A DNA stretch of 64,000 bases from Chiloscyllium plagiosum (taxonomy: Eukaryota), in NCBI RefSeq assembly GCF_004010195.1, contig NC_057719.1, positions 66,989,776 to 67,053,775 of the forward strand, given 5' to 3'. A model generated the notes under the pieces. The model did not search any database, was not told the DNA's origin, and saw only the letters and a list, made by a program, of their open reading frames with translations. The translations under genes and the position numbers were made by a program. How positions within the stretch are numbered: the first letter of the stretch is position 1; the number at the start of each line of letters is the position of its first letter. Shown in pieces: positions 26,316-37,190 of this stretch.

Positions 26316-26689
26316 GAAATGAAGATGGACCATTTACATACTTCAATGAGGAAGTGCATAATGATACTGAACGCAAAGACCGCACTATTGTACTAATGGG
26401 GGGCTCAGCCCAGAAGATCTCAGTAAGATTGAAGCCTGTTGTAATGCACAAGGCCACACAGACTGATATAACTGGCTCAGACACAGATACCACTGGAAAT
26501 CAAGCAACATCTTTGGGAAGAATGAAGACATCAGATACATCCCTGTTATCCCCAAACATACTTCCATTGTGTCCAAGTCCTCTTCCAACTCGTAGAAGAC
26601 CCTGTGTGAAATGGGAAAATATGGCATCATTTCACAAACCTAAAAATGACGACTTTAGCAAGGAGCATCGATTATATCAACTAGAAAAG
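26316..26689 (+). CDS. RASGRP1: RASGRP1 coding exon (exon 16 equivalent), C-terminal tail with KATQT and PT region
   Basis: tgcag|GAAATG...GAAAAG|gtacaa; 374 bp, phase 1-0; GNEDGPFTYF..KDRTIVLMGGSAQKISVRLKPVVMHKATQTD..CPSPLPTRRRPCVKWEN..RLYQLEK. Confidence 0.95.
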
Positions 26690-27004
26690 GTACAAATCCA
26701 GTTTCATTTTAGAGCATTAATCACAGGGGACAATACAATAGGCACTTAAAAGACAAAGTAAAATCTGGATGATGTTTTGCTTTATGTGGCATATTGTTTT
26801 TAAAGTTATATTGTTAAATATAAACCTCAATATTTACATCTAAAACACTATTTTTAAAAAACAAAATCAGAAGACCAGCAAGTCATTGCATGGATTTCAG
26901 TGACCTGGAGAGGATAATATATCCTGGAGCAGCTCTAAGGGCTGGCAAACATGGGAGCCAATCCACTGGAAAATATATAGTAGGAGCTGGGAACAACATT
27001 TTTC

Positions 27005-27325
27005 TTTATTCTTTCATTGGATGTGGGTGTTAAAGGCAAGGCCAGCATTTGTCGTCTGTTCTTAATTGACCTTGACGTGAGAGACTAGCTTGGCCATTTC
27101 AGAAGGCAGTTAAGAGTCAACCACATTACTGTGGGATTGCAGTCACGTATAGAACAGACTAAGAAGGATTGCAGTTTTCCTTCCCTAAAGGGCAATAGTG
27201 AAACAAGTGGGCTTTTAACAGAATTGGTGATACATTCATGAGACTACCTTTCAATTCCATATTTAAGACTTGAATTGAAATTCCACCAACTACCATGGAC
27301 ATTACTAGTCCAATGATATTGTCAT
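27005..27325 (-). mobile_element. Short non-autonomous element: tRNA-like head joined to second-family LINE tail
   Basis: Minus strand ggactagtaat..tttagggaaggaaa..gtggttgactcttaactgcc..aaatgctggcc..cacatccaatgaa; related copies about 43035-43960, 49290-49500, 56075-56410. Confidence 0.75.
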
Positions 27326-28016
27326 TTCAAACCATCTTCCCTGAAGAAATATTCCTTTTCATCCTTAGGGTTTTTCTTCCTTTTACAGTCCAGTTTTTTT
27401 TGCATTTAAGTACTTTGCTTCTCATTAATAAAGTAGCTTCACAATGTAAAGTGCCCAGTTATAATTTCACATCAAAGAAGATTTATTAATGCACTCCATT
27501 CACATAGTTGTAGGACTTTGTACAGACCAACATCTTACAAATTTAGTGTGAAATGATTGGTAGATGTTCAGAATATGTGGTATTTTCAATTGGGGATTGC
27601 TGGCTATGGAGCAGAAGCTGACCAATGTTTTCTTTTCCGTGGTAAAATGATTCTGGGGAGAGTTCCAGCTCTCCTGATGTTGCCCCAGCTCCTGAGTATA
27701 GTATAATGGGAATGAATATGTTAATGATGAAGTTGTACATACATGAAGTTGTAATGCTGACATCAAGAGCAAGTGTAATTCAGATTTTGAGAAGAGATGA
27801 TCAGAAGAACTGCACTGGAGAGCTAGAGTCAGTATTTTCAATATTAAATGTGATTGAACTCCTGAAGGTCAGACAACAGTCACTTTTAGATCTTGTAAAT
27901 AGAGAACTGCAGCAAACCCAAGTAGGGACAGTCTAGCTAAATACAGCAGTCTCAAGAGTGCATTTCAGATTCTCAGTTCCCAGGTTCCTGGGGAGGCAAA
28001 GATGTAGCGGCGTAGT

Positions 28017-28200
28017 TATAGAGTCAGTGTCATACAGCATGGAAACAGAACCTTCAGTCCAACTCATCCATGCTGATCAGATAATCCAATCTGACCTAGT
28101 CAGTATTTAACCCATATCCCTCAAAGCTCTTCCTATTTATATACCCATCCAGATGACTTATAATTGTATCCGGCTCCACCACTTCTTCTGGCAGCTCATT
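28017..28200 (-). mobile_element. CR1 extreme 3' fragment
   Basis: Matches the 3' end of 5323-5925. Confidence 0.8.
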
Positions 28201-28249
28201 GCAAAAACAATGGAATCGAATGAAAAAAAGACATTTCAGTCATTATCTA

Positions 28250-28745
28250 TGAGTGCTGGTCCTGAACAAAGGAGTATTGAGTGGGAGCCAGTATTGAATC
28301 TGAGCCAGAAGTATTGAGCCTGAGCTTGGAGACCTGGGCCTACGCTAGGAGTGTGGGCCCTGTGCTAGGTGGATTTGTATTGAGCTAGGAGTACCAGCCT
28401 AAGCTAGGTGTACTGAGCCTGACGTAGGATTATTGGTACTGAGCTAGGAGTATCGGGCCTGAACTAGGTGTATTGGTACTGAACTAAGAGTGCTGGGCTA
28501 CAGCTAGAAATATTGGGCCTGAGATGAAACCAGTGGATCTGAGCCAGAAGTGCTGGGCCAGAGTTATATGTATTGAGACTGAGCTCAAAGTATTAGGTAT
28601 GAACTTGGTGTGCTGGGCCTGAGCTGGCATATTGGGCTTCAGCAGGGAATATTTGGACTGAGCTGGGAATATTAGCATTGAACTAAGACCTGCACTGGGA
28701 ATGCTGGGCTTGAGGTAGGACCAATTGGTCTGCACTAGGAGTGTA
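28250..28745. repeat. Degenerate ~20-bp minisatellite (gagctaggagtattgggcct-like), about 24 units
   Basis: Phased repeats such as gagctaggattatcgggcct / gaactaggtgtattggtact. Confidence 0.85.
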
Positions 28746-29405
28746 TTGAAATATTACAGGAAATGCTGGAAATACAACAGGTCTGGCAACAAAAAAGAGA
28801 GAGAAATAAAGTTAATAGTACAGGTTAGTGACCCATCAACAAAATGTCAAAATATTCCACTCCCAATTATTATCGTGATTTTACTTTAACACAAGGCATC
28901 TAATCAAATAATTGAAACGTCACTGGATGAGTAATCCAGACGCACAAGTGATGTTCTGGGGACGTGTGTATAAACCTCACGACACACAAATGTTGGCACT
29001 TGAACACAAAAAGTCTGAAATTAAAAGTCTCATGATGGCCGTGAAATCATTGTCAGTAAAACTCATTGTGTTCACAAAATGCCTTTTAGGGAAGAAAATC
29101 CGTTGTCATTACCTTGCCTGTGAATGACTCAAACTCAACAGCCGTGTGGTTGACTCTCAATTGTCTTCTGAAACGGCCTAGCAATCCACTCAGTTGTATC
29201 AAACTGCTCCAGAGTCTCAAAGAATTGGACTGCCGGGCATCAATCTAGGAACTAGAAATGGCAATGGCAAACTCAGCCCCTGACACCCCTGCCAAATCAA
29301 TACTGGGCATTCATGAGCTGCTGTGGGCCATCAGCAGCAGACCTATGCTCAACCACAATCTGTAACCTCATAGCTTGGCATATTACCCATTCAACCATTA
29401 CCATC

Positions 29406-30386
29406 AATGATGTGGCAGTGCTGATGTTGGATTGACGTGGACAAAGTTAGAAATCACCCATCACCAGGTTATAGTCCAACAGGTTTATTTGGAAGTACTA
29501 GCTTTCAGAGTGCTGCTCCTTCATCAGGTAGCTAGTGAGGCAGAATCATAATACACAGAATTTATAGTAAAAGATCACAGTGTCATGCAATTAAAACAAT
29601 ATATAGAACAAACCTAAATTGCTGTTAAGTCTTTTATCTTTTAGAATGAGTTGCAGGTTTTGGTTCATTAATATTCTTACATACTCACACACCCACGCAA
29701 AACCTCTCTCATTCACACGCTCCCTCTCAGACACACACACATACAGCCCCCACACTCACACCCACGTACGCACCCTCTCACAGGCTTATACCCCGTCACA
29801 TTCACGCACACACTCAACCAAGCATGCACACACACAAACACCCACTCTCTCATGCACACTCCCACTCACATGCACATACTCACATTCTCTCTCTCACACA
29901 TACACACACATATAAGTCTATAGGGTGAATTTGCATTTGTAGAATTGTATTTTCAGATACACTCTAGTTTTGCTCAAAAAAAGCACACAACCTGCATAAC
30001 ATTGCATAAATTCAGACTTTGGAAATAGAACCAGTCTGCCTCAAGATTGGGATACAGACAGACTCTAACTTCACATCTTTAATACATTGTCTGAGTTGTG
30101 ATGTCACTTTTATTTTATAAAACCTTAAGTTATCTCAAGAATGTGACTTAAAAAAAGTTCTGGGATTTACATATTAATGAACCGAAACCTGCAACCCACT
30201 CTAAAAGATGAAAGACTTAACAGCCATCTAGGTTTGTTCAATTATATCATTTTAATGACATGACACTGTGATCTTTTGCTATAAATTCTGTCCCACTAGG
30301 TACCTGATGAAGGAACAGCGCTCTGAAAGCTAGTGCTTCCAAATAAACCTGCTGGACTATAATCTGGTGTTGAGTGATTTTTAAGT
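29406..30386. mobile_element. About 1-kb fold-back PLE-derived element (family B) with CA-rich spacer and TSD
   Basis: Arms about 29447-29672 and 30172-30384 inverted; TSD attaccatc at 29397-29405 and 30387-30395; hammerhead core CTGATGA at 30304. Confidence 0.88.
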
Positions 30387-31099
30387 ATTACCATCTAGTC
30401 AGGGGATCACCCTTGGTTCAATGAAGAGTGTAGGAGAGCATGCCATGAGCAGCACTAGGTATGCCTATAAATGAGGTGTCAACCTGGTGAAGCTATAACA
30501 CCTTTATGCCAAACAACATATGCAGCAAATGATAGATAGAGCTAAGTGAGCCCACAATCAATGTTCCGATCTAAGCTCTGCAGTCCTGTCACATTTAGTC
30601 GTGAATGGTGGTGGACAATTAAACAACTCACAGGAGGGGGAGGTGCCACAGTTATCCTGATGAGGGACCCAGCACGTCTATGCAAAAGATAAGGCTGAAG
30701 TATTCATAACAATCTTCAGCCAAGAAGTGCTGAATGGAATATCCATCTTGGCTCCCTCTAGAGGTCCCAGCATCACAGATGCTCACCTTCAATTCAATCC
30801 CCATAATATCAAGAAATGGCTGAAAGCACTGAATACTGCAAGTGCTATGAGCTCTGACAGTAATCTGGAAATAATACTGAAGATTTGTGCTTTTGAACTT
30901 GCCAATCTGTTCCAGTACAGCTACGTCTACTGAAAAATATGGAAAATTTCCCAGATATGTCCTGTGCATTGAAAGCACGAAGATCCAATCCAGCCAATTA
31001 TCACCCCACTGGTCTACTCTCAATCATCAGCAAAGTGATGGAAGGTGTCATCAACAGAGTTATTAAGTAGCACTTTCTTAGCACCAATCTGCTCATTGA

Positions 31100-33360
31100 A
31101 GACCATAAGACAAAGCAGCAGAATAAGGCCTCCTCTACCATTCGATCAAGATAGATGTTTCTCAACTCCATTCTCCTGCTTCGCCCCATAACCCTTGATC
31201 CTTTCCCAATCAAAAAGTTACTTATCTCTGTCTCAAATCTGTTCAATGACTTGGCCTCCACAGCCTTCTGTGCCAAAGAGTTCCACAAATTCAACACCCT
31301 AAGTTTAAATCAGATCCCCTCTCATCTTTCTAAACTCCATTGAGTACAGACCAGAGTCCTCAACTGTTCCTTATATGGCAAGCCCTTCATCCTTGGCCTC
31401 CACAGCCTTCTGTGCCAAAGAGTTCCACAGATTCAGCACCCTCTGGCTGAAGAAACTCCCCCTCATCTTAGTTCTAAAGGGTCATCTGTTCAATCTGAGG
31501 CTGTGCCCTTGGGTCCTAGTCTATCCTATTATTGGAAACATCTTCTTCCAGGTCCATTCTATCCAAACCTCTCAATATTATGTAAGTTTAAATCAGATCC
31601 CCTCTCATCTTTCTAAACTCCATTGAGTACAGACCAGAGTCCTCAACTGTTCCTTATATGGCAAGCCCTTCATCCCCGGAATAATTCTTGCAAACGTTTT
31701 GTGGACCTGCTCCAACACAAGCACATCCTTTCCTAATTACGGGACTCAAAGCTGCTCACAATATTCGAACACGGTCTGACCAGAGCCTTATACAGCCTCA
31801 GCAATACAATCCTGAACTTGCATTCTAACCCACTTGAAATGAATGTATCAACCTAACCACCAATTGAACCTGCACAGTAATCTTAAGAGAATCCTGAACT
31901 AGGACTCTGAAGTCACAGATTTCTGAAGCCTTTCCCTGTTTAGAAAACAGTCTATGCTTCTATTCTTGCAACCAAAGTGTATAACCTCACACTTTCCCAC
32001 ATTGTATTCCATCTGCCACCTCTTTATCCACTCTTCTCACCTGTTCAGGTCCTTCCAAGCACTTTCCTCTTTCTTATCAATCTCTGCCCCTTCAAATATC
32101 TATGTGTTATCTGCAAATGTGGCAACAATGCCCTCAGTTCCTTTGTCCAGGTCATTAATAATATGGTGTGAATTGCTGTGGTCCCAACATGGACTGCTGC
32201 AGAACTCCACCAGTAAAATGGATTGTCTCACAGACACTTCTCCAGTAGGAACATCAAGAGAAAACCCTGAGACAGAGTAACAAGGAGAGATGTACTGCAG
32301 CTTTCAAACCCAGTTTCAAGGCCCCAGCAACTGCCACTGAAAAGCTAAAACTAAAAATCCGGGTTCTGCAGGAACTTCACTCCACCCGCTCAGGCTGCTT
32401 CTATTGTTCTGAATTTAGGAAAAAAAACCCAAGGCCCCATAAGCTATTTATTTTATGGGATTTGAAACAGATTGCTCAGCACCTTTGTCTCAACTTTTAT
32501 TCTTAAAAAAAATCCATGCGATAGTATCATCACAAAAGCTTAAACAAAAGAATGAACAATTTGTTAATAATACGGTAGCTTTAACAGAACAACGTTTGTG
32601 TGTGGATGAACTGAAATGAATTGGTAGCTACAGGTACAGTTACAAGATTTTAAAGACCTTTGGATAGGTACATGAATAGGAAAGGTCTAGAGGGATATGG
32701 GCCTAATACAGGCAAGTGGGACTAGTTTAGTTTGGAAAACTTGGTCAGCATGGACGAGTTGAACCGAAGGATCTGTTTCCATGCTGTATGACTCTATGAC
32801 TCTCATCACTTGCTGCCATCCTGAAAAAGACTCTTTTCTTCACTGTCTGCTTTCTGCCAATCAAACAATTCTCTATCCATGTCAGTACCTTGTCCCTAAA
32901 ACTATGGGCTCTTATTTAGCATCATTCTGTGCGGCACTACGTCAAAGGCCTTCTGGAAATCAAAATAGACCACATCCACCGGCTCTCCTTTGTCTAAATT
33001 ATCAAAGAATTCTAACAGATTTGTCAGGTATGATCTCCCCTTGACAAAGCCATGCTGACTCAGCCCTATTTTACCATGCACTTCCAAGTACTTTGCAATC
33101 TCATCCTTAATAATGGACTTTCGCCTAGTCTAAAATCTTACATCAGACTGAGGGCAGGCTACCCAGCCCATAGTTTCCTATCTTCTACCTTCATCACTTT
33201 TTAAACGGGTGTGTTACATTAGCCATTTTCTAGTTCTCTGGGACCTTCCCTGACTGCAGTAATTCCTGAAAGATCACCCCACACAACCTCCTCAGCTATA
33301 TCCTTCAGAACTCTGGTGTAGTCCAACTGGTCTGGGTGATTTATCCACCTTCAGACCTCA
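31100..33360 (-). mobile_element. CR1 LINE nested in the second-family LINE, itself interrupted (plus-strand CR1 tail about 32600-32802)
   Basis: SQHGFVKGRSYLTNLLEFF..YFDFQKAFD (32902-33087); NLWNSLAQKAVEA; tail gaccataagac. Confidence 0.85.
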
Positions 33361-34112
33361 GTCCTGGTTCCGCTAAGGCCATTCAGCTTCTGAACTCAAG
33401 ACAGTGTTGGTTCAAACATGGACAAAATAGATGAATTCCAGAGGAGAGGTGAGTGTGACTGCCCTTGACATCAAGGCTACACTTGACCGAATGTAGTATC
33501 AAGGAACCCTAGCAAATTTGGAGTCATTGGGTATCGGGGGAAAGTCTCCATTGGTTTGAGTAATGCCTGGTACCAAGGAAGGTGGTTGTGATTGTCGGTG
33601 GTCAATAACCTCAACTCAAGGACATCTCTTAGTTGTTCCTGAGGGCAATGACCTAGGTCCAAGCAGCTTCAGCTGCTTCAGCAATAACTTTCCTTCCATA
33701 ATAAGGTCAGAAGTGGGGATGTTCGCTAATGTCAGTACAATGCTCAGCACCATTCAGGACTTCTCAGTACTGAAGCAGTAGCAAAACCTGCACAATATTC
33801 AGGACTGGCCAATAAGTAGTAAGTTGCAAGTAACATTTATGCCACACAAGTTCCAGGCAATGATCACCCCCAACAAGACAGAATCTAACCATCTCCCACT
33901 GACCTTCAATGGCAATACTATTGCAGAATTTTCCACTAATAACATTCTGGGGATTACCATCAACCAGAAGCTGAACTGACTAACTATATAACACTGTGGC
34001 TACAAGCACAGGTCAGAGGCTCAGAGTTCTTCAGTAAGTAACTGACCTCCTGCCTCCCCAAAGCCTATTCATAATTTACAAGGCATAAGTCAGGAGGATA
34101 ATTTGAATAAAC

Positions 34113-35645
34113 GAGGTAAAAACAAGGACTGCAGATGCTGGAAACCACGTTGGAAGGGAAATTGCGGTCTCTGAAGCAGGAGGCCATCTGGTGTGTTGTG
34201 TGGTGGAACTGGTCCTCCTGGGAGCAGATACGTGGAGGAGGAGGAATTGGGAATACGGGATGGTATTTTTGCAAGAGGTAAGGTGGGAAGAGATATAATC
34301 AAGGTAGCCGTGGGAGTCGGTTGGTTTGTAAAAAATGTCAATGGCAAGTCGGTCATCATTAATGGAGATGGAGAGGTCCAGGAAGGGGAGGGAGGTGTCA
34401 GAGATGGTCCAGGTGAATTTAAGGTCGGGTGGAATGTTTTGGTGAAGTTGATGAAGGAGGTTGAGCAATTCATCAACTTCACCAACACATTCCACCCCGA
34501 CCTTAAATTCACCTGGACCATCTCTGATACCTCCCTGCCCTTCCTGGATCTCTCCAACTCCATTAGAGACTGCAATTTCCCTTCCCACATGGTTAAAGAT
34601 GTCCTCCAATGCATCTCATCCACATCCTGCCCCTCCGCCCTCAAACCCCATCCCTCCAACCGTAACAAGGACAGAACCCTCCTGGTGCTTACCTTCCACC
34701 CTACCAACCTTTGCATAAACCACAACATCTGACGACATCACCTTCCACCCTACCAACCTTCACATAAACCACATCATCTGACGACATTTCTGCCCCCTCC
34801 AAACAGACACCACCACCAGGGATATATTCCCCTCCCCACCCATTTCCACTTTCCACAAAGACCGTTCCTTCTGTGACTACCTGGTCAGGTTCACTCCCCC
34901 CAACAACCCACCCTCCTGTCCTGGCACCTTCCCCTGCCACCGCAGGAATTGCAAAACTTGCGCCCACACCTCTTCCCTCACCTCCATCCAAGGCCCCAAA
35001 GGAGCCTTCCACATCCATCACAGTTTCATCTGCAATCCACCAATATCATTTATTGTATACGTTGCTCCCGATGCGGTCTCCTCTACATTGGGAAGACTGG
35101 ACGCATCCTAGCAGAGCGCTTTAGGGAACATATCCAGGACACCCGAACCAATCAACCCCACCGCCCTGTGGCCCAACATTTCAACTCCCCCTCCCACTCT
35201 GCCAAGGACATGCAGGTTCTGGGCTTCCTCCACCGCCGATCCCTCACCACCCGACGCCTGGGGGAAGAACACCTCATCTTCCGCCTCGGAACACTTCAAC
35301 CCCATGGCATCAATGTGAATTTCACCAGTTTCCTCATTTCCCCTTCCCCCACCACACCCCAGCTCCAGCCTTCCAGCTCAGCACCTCCCTCATGACCTGT
35401 CCTGCCTGCCTATCTTCCTTTCCACCTATCCACTCCACCCTCCTCTCTGACTTATCACCTTCATCCCCACCCCCATTCACCTATTGTACTCTATGCAATT
35501 TCTCCCCACCCTGAACCTCCACTCATTTATCTCTCCACTCTGTAGGCACTCTGCCTCTATTCCTGATGAAGGGCTTTTGCCCGAAACATCAATTTTCCTG
35601 CTCCTCAGATGCTGCCTGACCTACTGTGCTTTTCCAGCACCACCC
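34113..35645 (+). mobile_element. Penelope-like retroelement: RT C-terminus, GIY-YIG endonuclease and 3' end with hammerhead; inverted 5' segment; 14-bp TSD
   Basis: NTFHPDLKFTWTISDTSLPFLDL and IFYKPTDSHGYLDY (PLE RT); NIIYCIRCSRCGLLYIGKTGRILAERFREH..VAQHF (GIY-YIG); TSD taatt(t/c)gaataaac at 34099-34112 and 35646-35659; frameshifted. Confidence 0.92.
35559..35594 (+). ncRNA. Minimal hammerhead-ribozyme-like motif in PLE 3' end
   Basis: CTGATGA (35563-35569)-A-GGGC-TTTT-GCCC-GAAAC-ATC. Confidence 0.65.
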
Positions 35646-37019
35646 TAATTCGAATAAACCACCCTGGATGAGTGCACTTCCAACAACACTCAAGAAGCTT
35701 GACAGATCCTGAACAAAATAACCTACTTGTTTGGCATCACATCCACAAATATTCACTCCCTCCACCAATAATGTTCATTGGCAGCAATGTGTGCCCTCCA
35801 CAAAAGTCTATGCAGAAATTCACAAAGGCTTCTTAGACTACACTTTCCAAACCCATGGCTACTTCCATCCAGAAGGACAACAGCAGTAGATACATGGGAA
35901 CACCATCACCTACCAACTCTCCCCAAGCCTCTCATCATCCTGACTTGGACATATAGTGCCATTCATTCAGTATCGTTGGGTTAAAATTCCGGAACTCCTT
36001 CCCTAACAGAATTAAAGGCATACCTACACCAAATGCATTGCAGTGATCAAGAAGACAGCTTAACACTCTAAAGGGAATTAGCGATTGCAATAAATGCTGG
36101 CTCAGTTAACAATGACAACATCCAATGAATTAATCTTAAAAATAACCTATTTCAAGACAGTTGAGGATACAATCAGAGATCTTCCAAGTCCATTCTGACT
36201 GAGACAGTGTACTCACCAATACATCAGAGTGAGCCCTAGTAGTTTTCTATTTAATAATAAACTCTTCAGCCATGAAGCACTTAAATAACATTTTGTGGAT
36301 ATAAAATTTGAAGAGACATTTGGTTGGATCATCATTGATCTATATTGGAACCCTATTTATTTGTTTTATTCTACATTCATTGTATCTTATTATTACTTAA
36401 GAAGAAAATTTTAATTTGCATTTATATTTTCATTGTGTGAGATCCAGCCTTCCACAAAGCTTTTTGTGGATAAGTGATTGCTGATTTCAACCATAACTGG
36501 ACTTTTGATTTTAAGATTATGTTCTACTGTGCTGAGATATCATGGCCAGAGGAATCAGTTACTCCATATCTAGCCTTATAACTTCTCTGATTATTCTGAG
36601 TATCTCCATTAAATCATCCTTCAAGCATCTAAACTCAAGGGAATAAAAGCCAAGTTTATGCAGTTTGTTTTCTTAATTTAGCCTTTTAAATGTGATGATA
36701 GTATGAAGATTTCACAAGGATGGAAAAGTCAGTTGAAATTTGGTTCACATTTGACTGGCCATTAAAATAAATTTATACAAGAATATAAACTTAGTTACAA
36801 TGTTATTATACAAATTCTCATCTTTTCAAATACAATCTTATACTTAATATTATATCAGCACATATGAGATTGCTTTCTACAAGGCTAAGTTTGGAGTGTT
36901 ACAATAAGCATGACACAATGGGTTTTTGTGGGCAGTATCTGTACATGATCTGTTGAATCCAACAAATTAAACATCCGAAAGTTTATAATTATAGCTTCTC
37001 TGTTCTTTTGCTGATTTAG

Positions 37020-37190
37020 GAAAGAACTCTACTTCAAGAAGAGAAAGAAAAGTTACACATTGAAAATACAAGCCTGCAAACAAAGTTATTAGAGGCACAG
37101 CAAGAAATTAAGGCCCTTACAGAACAACTAGATTTATTCCGAAAGCATATGATTATGGAACCAAGAATCTCTTCACTGACACAAGAATAA
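37020..37190 (+). CDS. RASGRP1: RASGRP1 terminal coding exon, coiled coil and TAA stop
   Basis: gatttag|GAAAGA...GAATAA; 171 bp; ERTLLQEEKEKLHIENTSLQTKLLEAQQEIKALTEQLDLFRKHMIMEPRISSLTQE*; heptad pattern aligns to the RasGRP1 coiled coil. Confidence 0.9.
   Translation, partial: ERTLLQEEKEKLHIENTSLQTKLLEAQQEIKALTEQLDLFRKHMIMEPRISSLTQE

Larger units (their letters stand above)
28912..36135 (+). mobile_element. Second CR1-group LINE, head to tail, interrupted by several nested inserts
   Basis: Head ctggatgagtaatccag (28923); RT motifs NIKKWLKALNT (about 30805), VTALDIKA (about 33455), SEVGMFAN (about 33710); tail gcaataaatgctggc..catccaatgaat (36087-36130). Confidence 0.78.

Noticed and set aside
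28250..28745. CRISPR-like periodic array
   Set aside because: Contiguous degenerate units with no unique spacers, in a eukaryotic intron with no cas genes
29619..29915. His/Thr-rich ORF
   Set aside because: Translation of a CA-rich low-complexity tract
1685..37190. Identity as RASGRP3, RASGRP2 or RASGRP4
   Set aside because: Peptides such as [39 protein letters not shown] and VKWEN, plus the terminal coiled coil, fit RASGRP1 as recalled
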